DNA of 56,870 bases, the filler included, from Platydemus manokwari (Eukaryota): assembly GCA_037951405.1 (NCBI GenBank). It is 5 parts of 5 records of this genome, joined end to end, with 100 filler letters (N's around TTAATTAATTAA, not from the genome) between each part and the next. Parts side by side here need not be neighbours in the genome. Positions count along the whole stretch, not along the records: positions 1 to 13,019 come from JBBMOY011878055.1; 4 more parts are not named here. One strand, 5' to 3'. The notes beneath the pieces were generated by a model that searched no databases, had not been told where the DNA came from, and saw nothing but the letters and a program-made list of their open reading frames with translations. The position numbers and the translations under genes were made by a program. This document shows, piece after piece, positions 1 through 11,403 of this stretch (position 1 is the stretch's first letter; every line of letters begins with the position of its first letter).

Positions 1-135
1 CCAGTGCGTATTTGATACATTGACTGGTGCAATTATTGTACTTGCCAATTGTGGAATGTTGTACAAAATTGAGAGATTACCTGGTTTCTTATTGTATTGC
101 AAAATCGCTTCCGTGTTGTACGAATCGATATACAT
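1..135 (-). CDS. Partial Ulp1/SENP-like (peptidase C48) exon, running off the window edge
   Basis: Minus frame 135->1 reads MYIDSYNTEAILQYNKKPGNLSILYNIPQLASTIIAPVNVSNTHW. The ending IIAPVNVSNTHW matches the hydrophobic-P-[IV]-N-x(n)-H-W motif around the catalytic His of C48 proteases. It could be a host gene or transposon cargo. Confidence 0.45.
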   Translation of the reverse strand, partial: MYIDSYNTEAILQYNKKPGNLSILYNIPQLASTIIAPVNVSNTHW

Positions 136-633
136 GATCTTAGGATTTTAGGAATCGATTTAATATATAATATATATAAACAATTTTATTTCAAGTTTAA
201 ACATTGGGATTGTTTAAGTAAATCAACAAAATGCATTCTAAAATAACATTTTAAATGATAAAACATATTCTTTAATTAATAGTTGCAACATTAACAATCT
301 ATATATTCACGTATTCGCGGATATTAAATGATCTCATTATGTAATTAAGTTAACTTAAACGATAAAAATAGACAAATTGTACAAAATGCAAGATTGGTAC
401 ATAAAAGTCCAATGTATATTAATTAACCCCATGGACACCAGTAGTGGAGCAAAATAGCTTATCTACGAGCATGACAAAGCCGGTAGAATGATAAAATAAT
501 ATGCATAATTTGATAAAATTAAAATAAATACACACTTTAATTTCAACTGATAACAAGTAAATAAAAACACATTATATATTAACAACTAAATATTGATAAA
601 GTGAATAAACGCTAAAAAAAGATATTGCAAAAT

Positions 634-1120
634 TTACAACTCTGATCGGGATTCAATTTTGATTAATTCTACTTCAAACACTAAAGTAGCTTTGCCTGGA
701 ATTTTTGGAGGACTTCCACTGTCCCCATAGCCCAAATGAGAAGGGATAAATAGTTTTCTTTTTTCACCGACACACATACTGGAAAAAAATATATTATGAT
801 AAAACAAGAAAGGAAAATTCATATTAATACCCCTGGATACCTAAGTCCCACCCCTTGATAACTTGCCCAGCTCCAAGCGTAAATTTCAAAGGCTCGTTAC
901 GATCTAAACTACTATCAAATTTACTTCCGTCGTCATAAAGAGTCCCAGTATAGTGCATATGTATAATATCACCATCCTTAGCTTTTTCAGTACAATCTTT
1001 AATTCTCTTTTTAATACCAATTCGTAATTCAGTAACTGGACTCTTAGTAGGCTTAACTTCATCAGAATAAACACATTGGAAAAACAAAAGTACACCAACA
1101 GTTAATATAAAAAATTTCAT
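634..1120 (-). CDS. FKBP2: ER FK506-binding peptidyl-prolyl isomerase (FKBP2/FKBP13), 2 exons
   Basis: Exons 1120-831 and 778-634 with a 52-nt GT-AG intron (779-830) splice to ...[12 protein letters not shown]. Signal peptide, FKBP motifs HYTGTL..G.KFDSS and GQVIKGWD, and a C-terminal ER-retention-like RSEL followed by TAA. Confidence 0.95.
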
Positions 1121-4100
1121 TTTAAAATTATCTAAGAAAAATCTGATTATTTAAATACTTTTCTGACTTGAATTTAAATAAACAAAACTTATACGTGTCT
1201 TAAAATAATTGACAAATCTTATTTATCATTTAAAAGTAAACACATACGTAGATTTCTATATCTATTTTAAAGTTTTTTTAAATAAAAAATGAAAACAAAC
1301 ACGAAATTACGAAAATAATTAAAATAGGTCGAAAAGTAGCAATACTTTTAAAATCCCCATAATTAATATAATGATTAGCTTAGAAGTTTTTACTAAATCA
1401 AATAAGCATTTTGTCAAGATATTTCCAATTCATGATTTCGTAACACTCTTATTTAACACTGATTATAAATTTTTTGACTTCCTTAATTCTTTCATAAAAA
1501 TCTTATATTCGTATAATTATAACGACGTCTGCCATCTAACCAAAAGTAAATAAACTAAATTTTTTAAGTCTTGGAATGATTATATGTCAGCCCGGTTTTT
1601 TTTAATGGAAAAGCATTCATCGCATTAATAAAAATCAGATCCAAATTCCATAATTGCATTGAAGTGCTGATCTATGAAAATGTGTCAATGAATGAATAGG
1701 AAATAAGAATTTTACAAGATCTGATTTTAGTTCTAGTAGAATGTGTCTCATTTTCAAGGACTTATTTCTGGAGTGTCATAAAGTGCCTGAGTTGCCATGT
1801 ATTTGGCAATTTGATAATAACTAATTTATAAAAATTACGTTAATTTTATTACAATAAAATAATATTTATTATTATTTATTTATTTATTCCCTGTATGTTG
1901 GGTTTTGGTGGTTCGAAAATCTTACATGTTGTTTTTAATCAACTCAATATATGAGTTCGATTTGTTTATCTTAAATCAAGGTTTTGTCTGATAAATAAAC
2001 ACAACTTATTAATAACATCTAATAAATTTATTAATACAGCAATAGAATACATATAATAATTTTGCTCAATTACACAATTTCTTTTAAAAAGGTGTTACCA
2101 TAATTACTAAGGATGAATACTCAAAGTTATAATTGTGTTGGGAAAGCATTGATAGGTTAGTGCTCTACTCAGATACCGAGGAGATTAATGATGAGAAAAT
2201 ATTCATCACCATCGACTTTATTGTATAAAAATAATTTATTTGTTTTTAAGAAAATACTTTTTACCTTTTATTTAGTTGGTTGAAACGCAAAACGCATACA
2301 ATTTTTAAGACGCCATTTCATTAATATTCTTGTTTCCAAATATAACTGCTAGTTCTTATCGATGTCGAATATAAAAATTATCCTTTACTACCTATTCAAG
2401 TTAAAATTATAAATTTTGGTTCTAATTATGTTTTAAAACAAATTTGTGCTTCCACATTATTATTTTATTATCAATACCCACATAATTAATCTTATTAAAC
2501 AATAATTTATATTTTATGAATATTTAATTAACTTTCGATCTGCAGTCATTATGTGAATTATTAACTTACTTCCCACATGGCTGGTGTACATTGTTGATTT
2601 ACATTTGGTTAAACTAATTAATTTTCGTCATTAATAATAAATAAATAATTATCCTTTTAGTGATATTCGAAAGATGAATATTAATGGACACGAAACTTAT
2701 GACTAGAAATGGATTAATAATAAATATTTAACAATAAATAATTGAAAGTCTTTACCAAATAAATAAAAGTCGAATAACCTAATCGAGCACTGTTGTAATT
2801 ATCACAATCTACATTTGGAGAAGAAATCCTTGATAAATCTATATAAGGAAAGTAATGACAAACTGTAACACTGGTTATGCATCAAATTCATATGACTGTT
2901 GATTTAATTCGGAAAAATGTTGATATTTCAATTCACTTGATTGATTATTTAACTCAGACTACAATTTCGAAGCATTTTTAGATTGTATATTTAATTTGAA
3001 AATTTTGTTTTCTCAAATCCAATCGATTGTACGAATCATTATTAAAGAATATCAAATAAACTATTTTTATTATTAACGTCGAAAAAAAGTTGCTCAAAAT
3101 TGGAACATTTATATGGAATTTAGGGTGAAATTCTACAAAAGAAAAACATTCACCGACTTTCTAAAATCACAAATTTAGATATTTTCATTTATTATTGAAC
3201 AAAGACTTAGTTCAGAGGACTAGTAACATTTTTGGTCAATCATTCTTATTACAAGTAACACGTAGCTTAATTACTGCTAGAAGGCAGATATTTGGTTGGA
3301 AGCTTTCGCAAAAAGTATTTACTCAAAGCATCGTTTATGAATATATTTAAAGAATATCATGGATTAATATTATTTTTAATAATTCATGATAGAATTAATT
3401 ACCTTACTTAATCCCATACAAATAATTGATTAAAAATTAATTAAAATGGTAGTAAAATTAAAAAGCAAGTTTAAAACGGTAGTTTAATTTTTTGAGAAAC
3501 ATCTTGTGATTCAATAACTCCAAAAATAACTTTTATTTTGAAACATAATTAATTTTATGGTAGAAATAAATTTTTCCAAACAAAATTTTCAGTTTCGTCC
3601 AAGCTTTAATAATCATTTTCTACGTTTTATATATATACTTTAAATAATTATAAAGCAGGTGTTTGTTAAAATTCATTAAAATTTCAAAATGCAATAGAAT
3701 TAAAAAGTGTAATTTTATAATTTCGTCACAACTTGTTCTCAAGTTGAAATCCGTTTTGATCCAAACATTACTGACAATGCGAAGTAATGGGAATCGCAAA
3801 TATCACAACAATTCCGTTGGTATTTGCACGAATTAACTTTCAATTCAGCAATTTTTCAGGATTTCTACATAAAAATAATTCCAGCAGTGTGAGGTCTACT
3901 GAACACGAAGGATATTCATCGAAAACTCTCGATCTAAGTAGCCTGCTTGGCAAGATACCACCAAAGAAGAATTCAAAATAATTATTTAAATTCAGATAAA
4001 ATTATATTCGACCAAAAAATAACTTAACCCCATCTGAAATAGATATAATCAATAATAAATTATGTACTTTCAATAACGCGAAAAGAAATAAAAATTTGAC

Positions 4101-4399
4101 AAATAATTGCTCGTAGAATTTTACAACCCAAAAGGGAATAAAAGCCATTGCCGCTAGAAACATCATTAAATGTTTAAAACATTTGTGATCATATAAAATG
4201 TTCTTCCATTATTTAGCATAAATAAAATCTAGAGGAATTTGAAACAATAAATAATAAAAAAAATATTGATAAAAACTAAAAATAGAGACCCGCTAATAAA
4301 GTTGAACTGTATTTTTAAAAATCATGAATTAATAATAATTTTTTAAATCCTAAGGAAATAATTTAAATATAAATAAAATGACAAAATACAGACCCATAT

Positions 4400-5470
4400 C
4401 CAATTTTAATATTGTAGCCAATAGAAGAGCCAATTAAGAATCGACAAATCCATACCAAATCAAGCATAGTTCTTGGAAAGCTAAGTGCCAGAAGTCATAT
4501 GATGTGATTGTTAACAGGAAGATAACCCACAGAATTATAATTTTTGACAGATAACAATAATCGATAGCAGGAAATAAGCAAGCGTCTTGTACCGATAAAA
4601 CCAGACCCATTTAAATTTATCGTATTTATCCAATTTATAGAGTTAGTCTTAACCCCTATTTTGCTCCAGTATTACGAAGGAGTTCCATAACCATTTCAAT
4701 CCAAGATTTGTATTTGAAATCGAAAATTTTTATAATAAATAAATTTATTTAACCAACATTCCAGTGTTATTATGACAGTCAAATGGGCTTAAGGTCTCAT
4801 CGACTTTGAACAGAAATCACCAATCGATTTCATTTCGTCAAACTTTTAGTTGTCAAGATTCTATAATTAAAAATTCAAAATAAACAATGTCCCGGGCCAC
4901 TCATCTTGCTATACACGACTTTCTGAAGCGATTGGGAAGAAAATATATTCATAAAATAATAGATAGAGTTAATTACAGTTTGCGGGTAAAAGAACCCCAG
5001 TATTTTATTAAGACGCAGGACAGTGCTCAAATAAATGAGTTAAGTAAAAATTAAGACAAACACAATTGTAATGACTCTGAAAAGTAACATATAATTAAAG
5101 ACCAGAAAATTGATACTTTATCAAACCTAATAAGCTTATATGGATTATTGATAACAATTATTGAGTGAGACGAAATCTCGCAAAAGAGAAACGGATTTGC
5201 ACATTGGAACCCTTGTTTTCACACTTTAAGCATTCGCATGCCTACACAATCATACAGATATGACAATCAATCAATCATAGTTGAGCTAGGTGGAAAACGA
5301 TAATTGGAAAAAGTGACATAGCTACACAGGAACACACATAAGGATTGACAAATCAAAAACCAAAGGCAAATAGAAGCATGAGAAAAGAAAGATTAAATCA
5401 AAATGTGATACAAACATGACAAAAAAAATTACACACAGATCACGAATATAAATACCTATCTAAAGAGGGC
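4400..5470 (+). mobile_element. Highly degenerate Ty3/Gypsy integrase remnant
   Basis: Ordered, stop- and frameshift-broken motifs: GVP (~4678), QSNGL (~4775), DWEE (~4930), IGTLV (~5203), AYTII..DNQSIIV (GPY/F-like, ~5240), and a purine tract aaagaggg (~5462). Confidence 0.4.
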
Positions 5471-6109
5471 CAATTGCCGATTCGAAGCCAAGTTTTGATT
5501 GCGTTTATTTAAGATAATGTATTGAATTTTAGAGTCGTACTGAGTAGCACTGGTTGGTACCAGTGATAAACCAAGTTTGATTGTGTTGATGTGTTACTTT
5601 GTGAATGTCACCTTCGATATTTGGAGTCAGTAATTATTTAGTTATTCCGAATTTAACTCCTAACACAATAACGTTTGTTTTAATATTTGTTATTTATGCC
5701 GAGGTTACTTTCATTCATTAAATGAAATTTGCTTTGTTAACTAAATCTTGTTTGTTATTTTGTATATATATGAATTAAAAATGCAGTCCAATAGATCATC
5801 AACCATATTCCTGATTAACCTCTCAATAATTATGTGTGCTGTGATGGTATGTAAATCAAAACATAGACACTACTAGCCCAGTTTCGGTATCATTTTTACT
5901 CATCAATTATCGGATATGATCTCGAGTTCAGCATTTAATAGCTCACTCACCCATGCATTCGAAATAGCGAGTTCTTTTATTCGATAAAATACAAGTCTGA
6001 ATTGAAAGCATCTGCTGTGATTGATTTATCGTTATAATCGATAATAATTATAACTATTATCAATTGAAAAACAAATATAATTGATTTATCATTTACAAAA
6101 TCGACCGAA

Positions 6110-8204
6110 TCAATTGGTATTTTCCACGTATCTCGTTATTATTTGATCCAATTCTTCAAATGAATCCAGAAATAATTCCTAAAAACACAGAAAGTCAATA
6201 TTTCCATGGAAACAGGAATAACCTTGTTGCCACCAAATCTGTAATACCAATGAAGATAAGCAGACGAGTTAAATTTTTCAAGACTTCGCATTTTCACATA
6301 TTTTAGATAGTTTATAATGCAGCCGGAATTGAATGCCAGTGTGATTCGATTGTGTTCATTTGCATTGGCATCTTTCGATAACGGGGACATTATATATAAT
6401 TATTGAAATAATAATATATTAATAAATGGAGAATAATTATTCCAACCGAAATATTTTCATTATTTATAATATAAAATCCAGAATAATATTAAATATAATT
6501 TCTAAAAATTATTTATTAATAAATACATAATAAATATAATTAAATAAAAATAATAATTATTATAAACAAAATATTATCACTGATAATATAAATTCAAAAA
6601 ATATTATTAAATATAACTTCTAATAATTATTAATTAATTAATATTTAATAATAATTTTTATTGAACAAAAATAATAATAAATCAATAAAATATTAATAAC
6701 ATAATAATAATAATAATTATTATTATTAAATAAATGTTGAAATATTAAAATTAAATAATTTTCAATCAATAAATAAATTCCAAATAATGCATTAAAACAA
6801 ATTATTAAAAAACAGAAACCCACCCAGCCAGATATCGATCGCATCAGATTTGTTCCATTTCACAAAATGCATTTTCGAATGAAGCTGTTCCTGGATTTTC
6901 AGAAGCGATGGCAAATGGTGATCACGTTTTGTGTTACCTCGATAGCAACAAATCGCTGAAATCGTATCGAACACATTGCCATATGCTGATTTCAATTGGT
7001 GCATGGTTGATATGACAACATCGTTCCAGTTGCTATTGGATGCTAGACTAAATAAATCAATCAGATTCGGGGTCGATATTGAGTTGTTTACCCAAATCTT
7101 GATGAGACAGATCGAATGAATTTCGAATCGGTAAATGAGCACAATGATCGCAGAATCTCATTGAGTTCAACGTTGATTCGATAATCTTTCGGTTTCCATG
7201 GATACAAAGAGGAACAAGGCGCTAATAAGGATCCCATTTGAGTTGCAATCAAATCGTTTACAGCGGCTAGCGAAATTTGATGAGAATGATAAGAGCTGGT
7301 CGCTGGGCGAGTCAAAGATGATTCTGAAGATGAGTTGGATTTGTAGTCTGAATTGGCCATTTTGATTGGACACGGTAAATCCAACCCCAACTGATTAAGA
7401 AGGCTGTCGTTATGAAACAAAAATATGCCATCAGAACTCCTGTAAATGGATGAGATCTATTAGAACTAAAGGTTGCCACAGAAATAATGACCTATTAATG
7501 GTTGCTAATGACAACAATGTATTATAATATTGCAACGGACTGTCCCCACCGATATCAGATGGGGCTACTACGCAATTTAAGATCTGATGAAACGCGAACT
7601 CGTCGCGAATCATCTCTGTCATACGGCTTCCAAAACCCGATCCAGTACCCCCTCCAAGACTATGGCACATTACAAGGCCCATATAATTATCACATCTATT
7701 TATGTTCAAATTGGAATAAAATTTATTGATCTATTAACCTTTCGACTTCTTTACGAATACTTTCCAATGCATCATTTGATATATCAGGATTAGTTTTGCA
7801 TCCACTGTAACCTAAAACAAAGTCATCAAGCAATATTATCAAATATAGCACACCATAACACCAATTAGAACCTCTCCCATTCAAACCATTTACAAAATTC
7901 TCATCCCTTACAAATGATCTAAATGGATTATTATCAATGAAAACATATTAACAACGATAAATTTAACTTATATTTACTTTGACTTTTAATATTATTTAAA
8001 ACTTTTGATTCACTGTCAACAAATATACATCTTAATTTATTACTTTGAGTCTGTAAATAATTGTAATTCACACTAATAAATTATTGTCATTAGAATAATC
8101 GTTGCAAATAATTAGTACCGATTACAGTTGAGTTCATGGTTTATAAAAGAGTTTAATACTTGATTACCACATTGTCCCACACCAACATAAATAACACTAC
8201 TCAT
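6110..8204 (-). CDS. tubz1: Zeta-tubulin-like gene (delta/zeta branch), about 9 exons
   Basis: Spliced product: MSSVIYVGVGQCGNQ...LRCIFVDSESKV...GRGSNWCYGY...IRKEVERCD...HSLGGGTGSGFGS...GDSPLQYYNTLLSL...SDGIFLFHND...AYLHWYYRFG...FLDSFEELDQIITRYVENTN*. GRGxNW, SPLQxYN and AYLHWY fit zeta better than delta (GSGNNW, GEVIVQNYN, AYIHQY). Exon 1 is 8204-8160; stop TGA at 6112-6110. Confidence 0.85.
6200..6213. promoter_or_regulatory. RFX X-box-like palindrome in the last intron of the zeta-tubulin gene
   Basis: GTTTCCATGGAAAT on the minus strand is a 13/14 match to the palindromic X-box GTTTCCATGGAAAC. Confidence 0.3.
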
Positions 8205-9198
8205 GATAATCAATCAAGATATCAAATAATATTAAAAGATTATACTAAATAATTCAGTGAAATTCACTATTTTTAAAAATGCAAATATTACACAAATTAA
8301 GAAGAGAAATATTTAAACAATTACAACTGGAGTTTAAATTAAATTGTTTGATTAGGATTTTTTAATTTCAAAATTATATAAGTTGAAAATTTAAGTATTT
8401 AGAAATTAACAGACAACTTTTTTAAAATTATTAGAATAAAGCGTAATTTGAAAGGTAAAGACTTCATATAAAAACATTATTCACAAATAAATGGAAAATC
8501 ATAAATATCGTTCAAGTTCTAACCATTTTTAACGTAAAACATTAAACAGGATCTTTACTTGATCTATAATTAAGGTCATCACCAGGTTTGACTTTGGTTT
8601 GGTTCTATATAGTGATTCTGAACCAATATTAACCTTAATTTAAAATTTGATTGATTTAGTTATCAAATACAATTTTCGTTACGACTTGCCACTAGTAATA
8701 AGCAAGATGTTTTAGCCAGTAGTAAGTGTTAAAGTAACAGGAAAATTATGAAAGAATAATTTTTAAATATTTTCTACATTTCATGGCAGATTAAATTACC
8801 AGTTTTATTTTTCCATTCATGAAATTTAAAAATTTGGATTACTCTAATTATTAATGGCTTAAAAAATGCCTTCAATCAATGAATATGTCTGACTGATGAA
8901 ATGATGCTTTAAGTAATACAAGCTATTGCAAAGAATTAGGTAACTTCAAATAGATTTTAAAAATGTTTCAGTCATTGTAATGAAATCTGTCTTCTAGTTA
9001 ATGTTACCACAATATAGTTTAACATAGCAATTTTTCCATTTAATTTTAAAAAACTTAAAATTGATATGATATTCACAAAAAAATCAATAATTTTACTTAG
9101 AAAAATTTAAGATATAATAGGAATCTGATGTTAAACTATGTGCTATATGAAGGTCGAATTATTCATCAACCAACTTATCGAAACATCAATATGTTTAG

Positions 9199-9229
<31 letters not shown>

Positions 9230-10758
9230 ATTTTAACTGAATTAATTAAAAGAGAAACAAATCAATCTCATAAACATAGTGATCAATTAAAATTAATCCA
9301 TTTTCATTTCCATTACGAGTTTTCCTTTGCTTTCAATTGTTCAAACAGCAGCATTTTTATTAAGAGATGATAATTGATTATTGTTGGAACCATGTATATA
9401 TATATGTGTGTGTGTGTGTGTATGAAATACCGAAGAAAATAAACTAAATGAGCTGGTTACCCTTTAGGTGAGGTTGAAGGAAGATCTGTGCCAATTTCGT
9501 GCATTTGGGGAATAAGAATATGTAACAATTACGTGATTAAATTCTTCCGATCGAATGGAGGTTGCAAATGTGCAATGAAAGGCCGATTATTTATACAAAT
9601 ACGATCATAACGATGGATCTAATCTCATTTATTTCGATATTTCCACAGAAAAATATTTCCATTTTAATGCACACCCGTGAAAGGCAAACCAACACAATTG
9701 CTGGTGATTAATAATTTATAATATTTTTAATCTTTGAAAATCTTTGGTGGGAAGAATTGTAAAAGATCTCAATATTTCTAAATGCAAAAGAAACTAGTAC
9801 CATTGATTGGCCAGTGTTTATCATTTTTTTATTGAAATTACTTTGAAAATATATTAAATCGAAAATCATTGATTCGATAACAGAAGAGATGATCATTGGA
9901 AAAGAATGTTAATAAATAAAATCAAGAAACTTTATATGATACATTTGATAATAAGGAAAATATGTTTGGATATTTTTAATTATATAAATTGAGAGCTATT
10001 GAATTATTCAGAAATAATTATTGAGGTTCTTAGTGATAGTCCACTGCGATAGAAAATGCTAGAATGGGACCCAAAACCCCATATTTCATAATATTATTAT
10101 TGCTCACTTATGGATTCCAATCCACAACTTCTTCACTCAACTTTACACCACCACTTGGCCGTGTGAATGGGATTTTTGTTCTGGCATAACATAATTTTAC
10201 TTCCTTTAATTGGTAGGTATCAAGGAAACATAAAACTAGTTTTTCGGCACCACGTTTATTAAATAAAATATATAAAAATAAATCCCAAATGCATCAATTC
10301 AACATAAAAGATCTGATCTTATTATTATGACCATATCAAAGAATGTAGAGATGAGAACATAAATACTTAAATAATATTTTTAGTGGGTCAAACAAATTTT
10401 CTATCTACCATGTAAACCCCACAATAAATGTGAACCCAATAATGCTGAATGAACGATTTCAGGGTATTTCACTAGAAAATGTTGGTCCACGTTTATATTG
10501 TTTTTTTATATTTTTTCATAATAATCACATATAATTAACATAAAAAAATATTTGAGAAATTTTATTATTTTATGTTTTTTTAACTCGAATAATGAAAAAT
10601 ATTTTCTCGAGATTTATCTTTTCCAATTTCTCAGCTTTCCCTTTCGATATAATCACAATGAACTATAATAGAAACCAAATAATTCTACATTTTTTTCTGT
10701 TGTTCAGACTCCATATTTCATTATTTGGATTTTAATTTCATTTCAGTAAAACAAAAAA

Positions 10759-11390
10759 ATGTTTTTATTGCAAAAGACCAAATATTCTAATAAGATGATT
10801 CCGGATAATTTGCAGCAACGAGAGGATTTATTCACTGGAAAAAAAATTTTAAGAAATATTTCAGCTGATGATGCTCGAGAGGAACTGATGCATGAAGCTC
10901 CCGATCTAAAGAAAATTTATGACACATTTTCTTTTAGATATATTTTGCTACTTTAAGCCAGATGAATGAGATCAAACATTTTACCAGCACATTGGTAGAC
11001 GAGTTGAATGAATTTAAGAGAAAGAATTCACAAACTCCAATTTATTGATTACCGGAAGAAGTGGATCCATGATCCCATATCTTCTCTTATATATACAGTA
11101 TTCCTCCTCCTAACCACCCCTTTTTGGAGAATTAGAAAAATGTGGCGTTTAAGAGGAATTGGTAGTTGGGAGAAGTGGCGGTTAAGAGGAATTGATAGTT
11201 AGGAAGAGGAATACTGTATATATATATACTCTTATACCTACAAATTCAGAGAAAGTTCGTGTAAAAAATGATATGTCGCTTATTGACTACTTGTCAAGTC
11301 CATTCTTCGTTAATAAAATTTGGTATCAATCTTCTTCTTTACATAACAATAACAAAACCATGACAAGTATTTTTTGTGATGCATGAATGG
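10759..11390 (+). pseudogene. Decayed coding sequence of unknown family, interrupted by a MITE
   Basis: Protein-like segments (DLFTGKKILRNISADDAREELMHEAPDLKKIY; FATLSQMNEIKHFTSTLVDELNEF; SEKVRVKNDMSLIDYLSSPFF) are joined by a frameshift and stops, with a TIR element inserted at 11096-11216. Confidence 0.3.
11096..11216. mobile_element. pogo/Tigger-type (Tc1/mariner superfamily) MITE, 121 bp
   Basis: 19-bp TIRs CAGTATTCCTCCTCCTAAC and GTTAGGAAGAGGAATACTG (1 mismatch), TA on both sides, and two internal direct repeats GTGGCG(T/G)TTAAGAGGAATTG(G/A)TAGTT. Confidence 0.85.
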
Positions 11391-11403
11391 ATACAAATAG
11401 ATT

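Noticed and set aside
3720-4620. Innexin-like membrane protein on the minus strand (LFVKFLFLF...RSRVFDEYPSC)
   Set aside because: The resemblance is vague, YYQW and FPR motifs are absent, stops are present, and the upstream part overlaps a plus-strand integrase remnant.
6638-6844. Hydrophobic 68-aa ORF, and similar ORFs at 9128-9370 and 20386-20626
   Set aside because: These are translations of AT-rich intron or ATT-microsatellite sequence.
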